From NCBI GenBank assembly GCA_900550145.1, contig URRF01000003.1:1973-65972 (forward strand): a stretch of 64,000 bases of DNA, given 5' to 3'. The notes beneath the pieces are model-generated. The model saw nothing but the letters and a program-made list of their open reading frames with translations. It searched no databases and was not told the DNA's origin. The position numbers were made by a program, and so were the translations under genes. Shown piece by piece: positions 55,739-64,000 of the stretch (its first letter is position 1; every line of letters starts with the position of its first letter). The DNA comes from an uncultured Mollicutes bacterium. GTDB lineage: Bacteria > Bacillota_I > Bacilli_A > RF39 > UBA660.

Positions 55739-56818
55739 CTATTGATATTTTTTAATATTATCTATTCTAGCGGCAAAATATGGCATGTCTCTTGAACTTT
55801 CTTTTAAGAATATGGCAAAGGTATCATCTACATTAAAGTTTCTTGATTCTTTTACAGGAGCACTAGTAACATTTGTGTCAATAGCGGCTTCACTTTTTAC
55901 CCTACCACCTTTTTCATCTAGTTTGAAGTTTATTGTTTGAACTGCCTTTTCAATTACATATTCTCTATTTTCATCATCATAAAAAGGTTTATTTTGTAGT
56001 TCATTATATTCTCTTTTAACATTAAAGTTAATCATTGGAACCTTGAAAGTATCATTGTTACTAAAGTTTTTGCTTCCAGTATATTTATTAGCATCATTAG
56101 TCATATTACTATATATTTCATTAAATGTTTTACCTTTTGGATTCTTATAGAATATTACTTCATCATTACTTTTAGTAGTTAATTTAATTGCAAAATCATC
56201 TTTAGAATTATAGAATAACACTATTATCTGATTTCTTACTTCACTAGAACTATTAGAAGCTACACCAAAGTATTTTACATCTTCATAATTACCAAAGTTA
56301 CTATTTTCTAAAACTGTAAATCTCTGTTTATATTCAAATTCTCGGTATAACATTGTATAAAAGAAATATCTTCTTAAATCAGGATCATCTAAGGCATCTT
56401 CCCCCCAATCAAAATCATCTAAAATGTCGCTAGTCTGATTAAATTTTTCTTTAATGCCATTTACTATTTCTTCTTTTAACTTTATTGTCTTAGGCCCAAA
56501 TACTTTAAAGTAATAACTATCAGATATCATATCTTCAGTAAAAGATTCTTTATTTAAATTAGTAGCCATTATCTCTTCAGGGTTAAATACAATATCTTTT
56601 TTTATTATTTCATTCTTCATATCATTCCAAACAAGTTGGAATGTAGCACAATAACTACTATCAGATGATATTTCATCATCAAATGTTGGTACTACAGCTA
56701 CACCTTCGGTAACTGGAATACTTTTATTATTTTTTCTTATTCTAAATATATATATTAATGCAAGTGATACTATAGCAAGTACAACAAATACTAGTGTTAT
56801 AATTTTATTTTTTGTCAT
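55739..56818 (-). CDS. Membrane-anchored serpin-like protein
   Basis: N-terminal TM anchor. The C-terminal KAVQTINFKLDEKGGRVKSEAAIDTNV...FNVDDTFAIFLKE...PYFAARIDNI resembles the serpin hinge, reactive-centre loop and s4B-s5B region. The N-terminal half is divergent. Confidence 0.5.
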   Translation of the reverse strand: MTKNKIITLVFVVLAIVSLALIYIFRIRKNNKSIPVTEGVAVVPTFDDEISSDSSYCATFQLVWNDMKNEIIKKDIVFNPEEIMATNLNKESFTEDMISDSYYFKVFGPKTIKLKEEIVNGIKEKFNQTSDILDDFDWGEDALDDPDLRRYFFYTMLYREFEYKQRFTVLENSNFGNYEDVKYFGVASNSSSEVRNQIIVLFYNSKDDFAIKLTTKSNDEVIFYKNPKGKTFNEIYSNMTNDANKYTGSKNFSNNDTFKVPMINFNVKREYNELQNKPFYDDENREYVIEKAVQTINFKLDEKGGRVKSEAAIDTNVTSAPVKESRNFNVDDTFAIFLKESSRDMPYFAARIDNIKKYQ

Positions 56819-56837
56819 TTATTTTTTTCCTTACTCA

Positions 56838-56969
56838 TTAGTAAACTTTAGTAATAGTAGCCTCGCCAATTTTTCTTCTTTTTTCATCATTTAGTCTTAA
56901 CTCTATTACTTTAGTACCTGCCTTTATTAAAGTAAATGGTTCATCATTTAATTTCATCATATGAATCAT
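56838..56969 (-). pseudogene. Truncated ASCH-domain fragment (43 codons)
   Basis: MIHMMKLNDEPFTLIKAGTKVIELRLNDEKRRKIGEAT... resembles an ASCH N-terminus, then stops. Not in the track. Confidence 0.4.
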
Positions 56970-57020
56970 CTCTATCACCTTTAATATTATTTTAGCATAT
57001 ATATTTTTATTTGTCTATTA

Positions 57021-57049
57021 AAAAACATCTCAAAAATAGAGATGTTTTG
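57021..57049 (-). terminator. Terminator of the collagen-like gene
   Basis: AAAACATCTC/GAGATGTTTT 10-bp stem followed by a minus-strand T-run. Confidence 0.75.
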
Positions 57050-57052
57050 ACA

Positions 57053-57826
57053 TTATGATATTTTAACTATATTTAAATATGCACTTGTATCAGAAGCCGG
57101 CGATATAGTAACTGCTGTAGTAGATTCTAATGATAAACCAATTTGATCATCAGCACTAAAAGCATTAATTGTGCTTCCAACAAAATCAGAATCTACATTT
57201 GCTGTAACATTCTTACTAATAGTGGTACTTCCAATAGGTGTAGCGTTTTGTTTTACATTTAATGTTATATCTGCATTAACATTAGAACTACCTGAGAAAT
57301 AGTAATCAACTTTATATACTCCATCAGCAGGAATTGTTAGTTTATTTTGTGTACCAAGTGTTATACCATTAGATGGACCATTACTTCCAAGTGGTACATC
57401 TTGAGAAATATTTGCCTCTAAAGTTATAGTATTTTCAGTGGTATCATACTTTCTTCCATAAGTATTAGTCTGCGTAATACCGGCAGCGCCACTTGGACCA
57501 GTTGGTCCCATCGGACCTGCTGGGCCTATTGCTCCCGTTGGACCTGCGGGACCTTGAGGTCCGGTTAATCCTTGTGGACCGATTGGGCCTGTAATTCCTG
57601 TGTTTCCTCTTGGTATAGTAAAGTTTAAAACAGCATTTTGATTAGTACCAACATTAACTACACTAGCGTTAGTTCCTGGATCACCAGTAGTAGTAGTTCC
57701 CACTGTAATAGTGGCGGGTCCTTGAGGTCCTGTCGGCCCCATCGGACCTACAATAACAGGAGTACAATTACATTTTTTACCTGCTTCAAGAATATTTCTT
57801 ATATTATCAGAGCAATTGTTACTCAT
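57053..57826 (-). CDS. Collagen-like (GXX repeat) BclA-type exosporium/surface protein
   Basis: Two G-X-Y tracts (GPMGPTGPQGP; GITGPIGPQGLTGPQGPAGPTGAIGPAGPMGPTGPSGAAG) and a beta-rich C-terminal domain. Confidence 0.75.
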   Translation of the reverse strand: MSNNCSDNIRNILEAGKKCNCTPVIVGPMGPTGPQGPATITVGTTTTGDPGTNASVVNVGTNQNAVLNFTIPRGNTGITGPIGPQGLTGPQGPAGPTGAIGPAGPMGPTGPSGAAGITQTNTYGRKYDTTENTITLEANISQDVPLGSNGPSNGITLGTQNKLTIPADGVYKVDYYFSGSSNVNADITLNVKQNATPIGSTTISKNVTANVDSDFVGSTINAFSADDQIGLSLESTTAVTISPASDTSAYLNIVKIS

Positions 57827-57912
57827 TTTGATTCTCCTTTCATTTTATTTTATGAAAGAAGTTAAAACATAATTTTACTATTGACTATAATATGTTATTC
57901 TTTAATAGTAAA

Positions 57913-58419
57913 TTATACAGTGCCTATTTTTGTTATAGGCCATAATCTAAATACTGATTTTCCTACTATATCTTTTTCATCAATTAAGCCTATTGATCTA
58001 CTATCTTTAGATATAGGACGATTATCTCCCAAAACAAGATATTTACCTTCTGGTATACTGCTACAAGTACATATTTCTTCTAAGTTAAAATCTTTAGTAT
58101 TTAAATGTGTATAGTTTTCTTGAACTAACTTATCATTTACATATAATTTATTATTCTTGTATGAAATATGTTCTCCAGGTAATCCTATTACTCTCTTAAT
58201 TATTTCTTCTTTATCCTTCTTTATTACTACTACATCAAATCTCTTAATAGTTTTCTCGTTATATCTTATTTTTCTTACTAGTAATAACTCTCCATCATTA
58301 AAATTAGGCTTCATTGAACTACCGGATACTATTACTGGAGTTATTATAAAAGTTCTAACTAGTATTACAACTACTACAATAATAACATAAGGATATAATT
58401 CTTTAATAATTTTTTTCAT
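57913..58419 (-). CDS. lepB: Signal peptidase I
   Basis: TM anchor, SGSSMKP (catalytic Ser), KRVIGLPGE (Lys box) and GDNRPISKDSR. Confidence 0.9.
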   Translation of the reverse strand: MKKIIKELYPYVIIVVVVILVRTFIITPVIVSGSSMKPNFNDGELLLVRKIRYNEKTIKRFDVVVIKKDKEEIIKRVIGLPGEHISYKNNKLYVNDKLVQENYTHLNTKDFNLEEICTCSSIPEGKYLVLGDNRPISKDSRSIGLIDEKDIVGKSVFRLWPITKIGTV

Positions 58420-58456
58420 CTTTCACCTCAATAATAAAAAGATAGTAGCAAAGCTA

Positions 58457-58807
58457 TTATCTTCTCTCTTTAATATTATATTTTTTCTGTCTATCTCTTA
58501 AGAAATATAATTTAGCTCTTCTTACTTTACCTGGTTTAGTAACCTTAATATAAGCAACTTTATTAGAATGAACGTGGAATGTTTTTTCAACACCAATTCC
58601 AGAATATTCTCCTCTTACAGTAAAAGTTTCAGATACTCCCTTACCTTTTCTTGCAATTACAGTTCCTTTAAAGTCCTGTACTCTTTCTTTTGACTTACCA
58701 CCTTTAGTTTCAGTAATAATACATCCAACAGTAACTGAATCTCCTACTCTGAATTCTGGCAAATCTTTTTTCATTTGACTTTGAGTAATTTTGTCAATGA
58801 TATTCAT
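58457..58807 (-). CDS. rplS: 50S ribosomal protein L19
   Basis: PEFRVGDSV...ERVQDFKGTVIARKG...FTVR motifs. Start set at MNIIDK (58807) behind SD GGAAGTG. Confidence 0.9.
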   Translation of the reverse strand: MNIIDKITQSQMKKDLPEFRVGDSVTVGCIITETKGGKSKERVQDFKGTVIARKGKGVSETFTVRGEYSGIGVEKTFHVHSNKVAYIKVTKPGKVRRAKLYFLRDRQKKYNIKERR

Positions 58808-58918
58808 CGTATATACACTTCCTTTCTTTTTCAGATAATCATTATCCATAATAAGCGGATTATCCCACATCGCTATTAATTTTACCATATAATATATTAA
58901 ATAGCAACTACTTTTATG

Positions 58919-58944
58919 AAAAAAAGTAGAAATTCTTCTACTTT
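58919..58944 (-). terminator. Terminator of the adhesin gene
   Basis: AGTAGAA/TTCTACT stem, 4-nt loop, minus-strand T-run. Confidence 0.65.
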
Positions 58945-60895
58945 AATCGTTTCTTTTTAATACAAAGAATGTTACAACTCCTGCAGTTATTATACCTAAA
59001 AATAATATGTATATTAATGAACTTCCAGTTACTACTTGTTCTGGTTCAGGGGTATTTTTAAATACTATCATATTATTTTCAGCTTCTTTTTTATCAAATA
59101 GTATTCTTCCATCTTCCGTAACTGTAAATTCTATAACTGCATCACTAAGTTCGTATCCTTTAGGAGCTTCTAATTCTGTTAATATATAACTACCAGGAGC
59201 TAAACGGAATCTTTCTTCCTTAGTAGATGAAGTCCATATCAAACTTTTACCGTCTAAGTCTTTTTCTAATTTTCCATCTTTATCAGTTATTTTTAACTTT
59301 GCTCCAGGTAACTCTGTTTTTCCATTAATACTTTTTTTAGAAATATATATATATAATGGTTCATTTTCCATTGTTACCTTAGTTACTTCTGTTTTGTTAA
59401 CTTTTATAGTACCATCTTTTTCTACGATAAACTCTATAGTTTTATCACTTTTTGTATAACCAGCTGGAGCTTCTATTTCAGTTAAATAGTAAGTACCTTC
59501 TGCTAAATGAAATTTTTCTGCGCTTTCGGTAGTTATCCATTCTAATGATTTGCCGTCTAAATCTATAGTAAGTTTTCCATCTTTATCGGTTATTTTTAAT
59601 TTAGCACCAACTAGTTCTTTGTCTTTAGTTAATCCTAGCTTTGATATAGTTATATAGAATGGTTCGTTTTTCATTATAACTTTATCTACTACTTTGCCAT
59701 CTACAGTAACTGTACCATTTGAGTTAACTGTAAAAGTTACCTTGCTACTACTAAGTTTATATCCGGCTGGAGCTATTGTTTCTTCAAGGGTATATGTGCC
59801 TGCATCAAGAGATATCTTTTTAATTGTTCCTTCTGATACCCATTTGGTTACTTCAGTATTACCTTTTTTAATTACGAGAGTAGCACCTTTTACTTCTTTA
59901 CTGCCTGTTATATCTTGTTTTGATATTTTTACTTCCACTTTAGAAGGTTCAGCAGTTAATGGTAAACTTTCTTTAACTTCACTTGGTGTTCCTTTTACAA
60001 TACTAGTCATCTTTTGAGCTGCTGGCATAGCACTGTTTGTACATTCTTGTACTGTACCACTACCTTTACTTGAAGTACCTGTAGCACTTAATGTTATAGA
60101 GGAACTTTTAGTTATATTTCCTGCAGGCACCTTAACATAAATAGTGTCTCCAACTTTAAAGTCTGTACTTCCACTAGTGGCATTAACATTGCTAGTTACA
60201 AATGCTCCAGTAACACCGCTTATACTTACACTAACAGCATTTCTTACCCAAGAGCCACTTATTTTTATTGCTCCAGATACATAATAACTTCTATCACTAT
60301 TAATATTTAGTTTTTTACTACTAGTATCAAGTGAAATACTTGGCGTAGCATTTACTGAATCATTAGCATCATTTATTAATTTAGCGGCCATCTCACTAGT
60401 TTTATTACTTGAACCATTGTAATTACCAGTTAACCTACCATTGCTTACATTAAAGTTACTTAAAAAGTCTACAGTATGTGGTGGATATAAAGTTCTATCA
60501 CCAAAATACCATACAGCAAGTTGTGTAGCATAATAATCATCAAATTTAGTACCACCAGTAGAATAATCATTAGTTCCACCATAACCATTAGCATAAACAT
60601 AAGCAAGTTGTGCTGCATTTGTTGAAACATTACTACAGCTTGTAAATACAAATTTTACATCCGTTCCACCCTCATAGGCATAATCAACATAAGGTTGGTA
60701 GCAGTAGACAACATCCCCATTTGTGGTTACTCTATAATGTGTTTTGTATTTACTAGTAAATAATTCATTACTTGCAATTTCTCTATTATCACTATTACTA
60801 AAATCAATTGTAAAGTCTGCCTTAACATTAAATACTCCAATCAAAAATAACATTATAGTAAATACAAACATTTTAAATATATTATTTTTTTTCAT
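58943..60895 (-). CDS. Surface adhesin: signal peptide, TQXA (thioester-like) N-terminal domain, three tandem Cna-B/SpaA-type repeats, C-terminal anchor
   Basis: VVYCYQP and YYATQLAVWYF (TQxA[IV]W). Three units of about 100 aa (ISK...G[AT]KL.I.DKDGK...GTY.L.E..AP.GY...). C-terminal QVVTG plus a TM segment and KRND. Confidence 0.65.
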   Translation of the reverse strand: MKKNNIFKMFVFTIMLFLIGVFNVKADFTIDFSNSDNREIASNELFTSKYKTHYRVTTNGDVVYCYQPYVDYAYEGGTDVKFVFTSCSNVSTNAAQLAYVYANGYGGTNDYSTGGTKFDDYYATQLAVWYFGDRTLYPPHTVDFLSNFNVSNGRLTGNYNGSSNKTSEMAAKLINDANDSVNATPSISLDTSSKKLNINSDRSYYVSGAIKISGSWVRNAVSVSISGVTGAFVTSNVNATSGSTDFKVGDTIYVKVPAGNITKSSSITLSATGTSSKGSGTVQECTNSAMPAAQKMTSIVKGTPSEVKESLPLTAEPSKVEVKISKQDITGSKEVKGATLVIKKGNTEVTKWVSEGTIKKISLDAGTYTLEETIAPAGYKLSSSKVTFTVNSNGTVTVDGKVVDKVIMKNEPFYITISKLGLTKDKELVGAKLKITDKDGKLTIDLDGKSLEWITTESAEKFHLAEGTYYLTEIEAPAGYTKSDKTIEFIVEKDGTIKVNKTEVTKVTMENEPLYIYISKKSINGKTELPGAKLKITDKDGKLEKDLDGKSLIWTSSTKEERFRLAPGSYILTELEAPKGYELSDAVIEFTVTEDGRILFDKKEAENNMIVFKNTPEPEQVVTGSSLIYILFLGIITAGVVTFFVLKRND

Positions 60896-60984
60896 TACTT
60901 ACCTCTCCTATCTATCATAAGTTAATCTTATCATAAAATAATTATTTTTTCAATATACTAAGTATCATTTTCATATAATTTATT

Positions 60985-61599
60985 ATGAAATATATAATTC
61001 ATAGAGGGATTACTTCTAAAAAGAATAGTGATAATAGTTATATGGCTATTAAAAGGGCTTTATTTGATAAAGAAAGTATAGGTGTAGAATTTGATATTAG
61101 ACTAACTAAAGATAAAAAAATAGTACTATCTCATGATTCAGTACTAGGTATTAATTATATAGAGAATATGAATTATACGGATATTATTAAACATAAATAT
61201 TTAACTACTTTAGATAAAATATTAGATATAGATACTGATAAGATATTACTTATCGATATTAAAGTTAACAATAACTATAAATTACTTGGAGATATTCTTT
61301 TAGATATATTAAAAAATACTGATAAAAATATTTATTTAATGTCTTTTAATAAAAAGATTATTAAATACCTAAATAAAAAAACTAAGTATAAAAAGGGAAT
61401 TATATCTTTCTTTTATAGATATAATAAGTATCCTTTAACTATTCTTAATTATAAAACAGTATCTAATAAGAAATTAAAGAGAATTAAAAATAAAGAAATA
61501 TTCTTTTGGACTTTTAAAAATATATATGAAGCTAATAAACTAAGTAAAAAGATAGATAATAACAGCTTATATTACTATATAATTAATAAAGAGGAATAA
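60985..61599 (+). CDS. Glycerophosphodiester phosphodiesterase-family protein
   Basis: IIHRG...DNSYMAIKRA...GVEFDIRLTKDKKIVLSHD (the HR..EN..E.D..HD pattern). Confidence 0.65.
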   Translation: MKYIIHRGITSKKNSDNSYMAIKRALFDKESIGVEFDIRLTKDKKIVLSHDSVLGINYIENMNYTDIIKHKYLTTLDKILDIDTDKILLIDIKVNNNYKLLGDILLDILKNTDKNIYLMSFNKKIIKYLNKKTKYKKGIISFFYRYNKYPLTILNYKTVSNKKLKRIKNKEIFFWTFKNIYEANKLSKKIDNNSLYYYIINKEE

Positions 61600-61604
61600 C
61601 ATTA

Positions 61605-62297
61605 TTATTCCTCTTTTACTTCTATATAATCTCCTGAATCTAAGTATATTATTCCTTTTTTTCCTTCTAATCTTGAATATATACTATTGTATTTATTTAT
61701 CTTGGTTACTTTACCTAGTGTTATATATACTTGGTTACCATCATTCATATATAGAGTAAATCTTTCACTATCTACATCATTAGGAGTATATTCTATTTGT
61801 GATATTTTTAATAGTATATCATCATCTATCTTACTAATACTCTTGGTATATTTTTCTTTAATACTAGAAATATCAGATATTAATATTGGTATATTATAAA
61901 TATTATAAGTATTTTCTATCTCGGTATTATTATCTAAGAGTAGTTTATCATTATATAGAGATATTACTTTATATTCTGTAATATAGATATATATTTTACT
62001 TAATAATTTCTTTTCTACTTTTACTTCTTTGATATAATTGTTTCTTTTTAATCTTGTTATTATATCTTTCTTTGATGTGTCTATAAATGATGGATAGTTA
62101 TCTATACCAGCAGTACTTATTATTTCTTTATCTGGTACTATGTTATTACCTATTATATAGATGTTTGTTATGGGTATTTTTTTTACTAGGTAAAAGATTC
62201 CTCCTAGAAGGCCTAAGAATATTAGACAAAAGAATATTCTTTTTAGTTTTAATTTTCTTTTTTTTACTTTAACTTTTACCTTAGCCTTTTTACCCAT
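61605..62297 (-). CDS. divIB: Cell division protein DivIB/FtsQ
   Basis: Basic N-terminus, one TM segment, POTRA-like region, position after murB. ATG 62297 lies behind SD AGGTGA; a GTG at 62306 is the alternative start. Confidence 0.75.
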   Translation of the reverse strand: MGKKAKVKVKVKKRKLKLKRIFFCLIFLGLLGGIFYLVKKIPITNIYIIGNNIVPDKEIISTAGIDNYPSFIDTSKKDIITRLKRNNYIKEVKVEKKLLSKIYIYITEYKVISLYNDKLLLDNNTEIENTYNIYNIPILISDISSIKEKYTKSISKIDDDILLKISQIEYTPNDVDSERFTLYMNDGNQVYITLGKVTKINKYNSIYSRLEGKKGIIYLDSGDYIEVKEE

Positions 62298-62302
62298 TTT
62301 TA

Positions 62303-63184
62303 TCACCTTATTATTTCTTGCTCTAATATTAAATCTATATTATATATTTCTTTTATTTTTTTCTTTGTATAATCTATTAATTCTAAGATATCTTCATAGG
62401 TAGTATCGCCAGTATTTACTATAAAATTAGCATGCTTGGTACTTATCTCAGCACCACCTATTTTATATCCTTTTAGACCAGCATCTTCGATTAATTTACC
62501 TGCGGATAATCCTTCAGGATTTCTAAAGACACTACCCGCAGATGGTTTGTCTAGAGGCTGCGTATCTATTCTTCTCTTTTTTCTACTAGTCATTGTTTCT
62601 TTTATTTTGTCTTTATCTAAATAACTCATTTCTAATGTTACTTCAGTACATATATAGTCTTTATGTTCTTTTAGAAAAGAATTACGATATGAATAATTTA
62701 AATCTTTATTTGTTAGTCTAATTACTTCTAGTTCTGGAGTTACTACCTTTACTTCTTTTACTATACTAGCCATATCTTCTTTATAGGCGCCAGCATTCAT
62801 CGCAGTACTTGCTCCGACCATTCCAGGTATTCCTCCTGCAAAAGCTAGACCATTTAAATTATTATTCATACATAAATTAGCTAGATATATTAAACTTACT
62901 CCTGCTTCAGCAGTTACTATATTTTCTTTTATTTTGATATTATTTAGTTTATCTAATTTTATTACAACATCAAAGTATGGTTTTGCTAGTATTATATTAG
63001 ATCCTCCTCCTAATATGAAATAATTTATATTATTTTCTTTTAAATACTTTAATAAATCTATTAATTCTTTAGTATTACCTGGATATATTAAATATCCACA
63101 TTTAACATCTAATCTATAAGTATTATATTTTTTTAATGATATATCTTTATAATATTCATAGTTTTTAATAAAATTTTCGTTCAT
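62303..63184 (-). CDS. murB: UDP-N-acetylenolpyruvoylglucosamine reductase
   Basis: FAD-binding GGGSNI, and the C-terminal SAGSVFRNP...AGKLIE and GGAEIS.KHANFIVN motifs. Confidence 0.9.
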   Translation of the reverse strand: MNENFIKNYEYYKDISLKKYNTYRLDVKCGYLIYPGNTKELIDLLKYLKENNINYFILGGGSNIILAKPYFDVVIKLDKLNNIKIKENIVTAEAGVSLIYLANLCMNNNLNGLAFAGGIPGMVGASTAMNAGAYKEDMASIVKEVKVVTPELEVIRLTNKDLNYSYRNSFLKEHKDYICTEVTLEMSYLDKDKIKETMTSRKKRRIDTQPLDKPSAGSVFRNPEGLSAGKLIEDAGLKGYKIGGAEISTKHANFIVNTGDTTYEDILELIDYTKKKIKEIYNIDLILEQEIIR

Positions 63185-64000
63185 CTAATATCAAATCCTT
63201 TAGTATATTATATATTCTTTCACCACTATCTTTGATACCTAATTTCTTTAAATTACTTTTCATTTCTTTTAGTTTATCTTCATCATTTATTGTTTTATCT
63301 ATTAAGTTTATTAGTGATGTATCTGTTAAATCTTTTTCTTCTAGTATTAAACCAGCATTATTGTCTACTAAATCCATAGCATTTTTATACTGATGGTTAT
63401 TGGTTACATATGGGCTTGGTATAAAGATAGAAGGTACTTCTAAAGCAGTTATTTCACTCATAGTAGAGGCTCCTGCTCTAGTAACCATTAAGTCGGTTAT
63501 TTTCATAACTGAAGGCATTTCATAGATAAATGGTAATACTTTGACATTACTTGGTACTCTTTTATCTTTTACTCTTTCATAATAACTATTACCTGTAACT
63601 ATTATTACACTATAGTTTTTACTTCTGAATTTATCTATAAAACTAAATATTTTATCATTAATAGTTTTACTACCAAGAGAACCCATAACTATTAATACTA
63701 GTTTTTTATCTTTGGCTATATCTAATTTTTCTTTAGTAGTTTTCTTTATGCTTAGGGCTTTTTCACTACATGGATTACCTGTTAATATAGCTTTTCCTTT
63801 AGGAAAATCTTTGATAGTACTTTCAAATGATACTCCTATTTTATCTGTGTATCTTGCTAAAAACTTATTGGCTAATCCTACTACACTATTTTGCTCGTGA
63901 ATGAATGTTTTTTTACCTAACTTTTTAGCAGCATATATAACAGGAGCAGTAACATAACCTCCACAACCTATTACTATATCTGGATCAAAATCTTTTATTA
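63165..64000 (-). CDS. murG: UDP-GlcNAc:lipid I GlcNAc transferase MurG (5' end outside window)
   Basis: GGYVTAPV, HEQNSV, GSLGS and RAGASTMSEI motifs. The reading frame is open to the window edge; the track lists only the part from an internal Met. Confidence 0.9.
   Translation of the reverse strand, partial: IKDFDPDIVIGCGGYVTAPVIYAAKKLGKKTFIHEQNSVVGLANKFLARYTDKIGVSFESTIKDFPKGKAILTGNPCSEKALSIKKTTKEKLDIAKDKKLVLIVMGSLGSKTINDKIFSFIDKFRSKNYSVIIVTGNSYYERVKDKRVPSNVKVLPFIYEMPSVMKITDLMVTRAGASTMSEITALEVPSIFIPSPYVTNNHQYKNAMDLVDNNAGLILEEKDLTDTSLINLIDKTINDEDKLKEMKSNLKKLGIKDSGERIYNILKDLILDERKFY

Noticed and set aside
58808-58900. Possible L19 leader upstream of rplS (hairpin GATAATC/GATTATC at 58834-58864, after a TTGCTA-17-TAAAAT promoter).
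   Set aside because: It cannot be validated without a covariance model. The structure is a single AT-rich hairpin, so it is not reported as an RNA feature.
1-64000. Scan for CRISPR arrays, tRNA, rRNA and IS elements with terminal inverted repeats.
   Set aside because: I found no regularly spaced direct repeats, no tRNA-like acceptor or T-arm patterns, no rRNA-like GC-rich stretches and no transposase ORFs. The only repeat families are the att copies, the phage junction copies and the rhuM/dinD relics.

Overview
Very AT-rich chromosome segment from a low-GC, endospore-forming Firmicute; I cannot assign the species. All coordinates and motif counts were worked out by hand from the sequence and the ORF track, with no searches run. 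Genes left of about 21.9 kb are almost all on the + strand: comEC', holA, ftsA, ftsZ, rlmN, prpC, prkC, rsgA, rpe, nfo, a class B PBP, rpmG, efp, spoIIIAH, spoIVB, a femAB-family gene, spoIIM and mnmA. Genes right of about 29.1 kb are almost all on the - strand: ileS with an Ile T-box leader, divIVA, sepF, rlmD, ogg, spoIID, rbgA, lepB, rplS, divIB, murB and murG. This convergence looks like a replication terminus. Three accessory regions stand out. (1) A filamentous (inovirus-like) prophage with a 7,044-bp unit sits exactly at the convergence point. Its left junction is a 28-bp dif/XerCD-like site. A second copy of the spacer and one arm lies 7,044 bp to the right, followed by an internally deleted rep relic. 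The prophage also has a four-operator switch region and a GC-rich structured intergenic region. (2) An array of at least five copies of the rbgA RBS plus first codons lies at 45.1-53.6 kb. The copies separate small co-oriented cargo islands (RhuM-family x3, GNAT x2, UDG-like, dinD pseudogene) with a single large serine recombinase. Behind the array is a field of decayed gene fragments. (3) A four-gene minus-strand cluster at 33.6-35.7 kb sits between sepF and rlmD. It encodes an unknown 143-aa protein, an Nfo/UvdE-like TIM-barrel protein, a HIT hydrolase and a MazG-like NTP pyrophosphatase, and may be an uncharacterised nucleotide- or DNA-directed system. The window also holds a membrane-anchored serpin-like protein, a BclA-like collagen protein, a TQXA-type adhesin and an orphan pilin with a near-consensus promoter. 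I saw no rRNA, tRNA or CRISPR.
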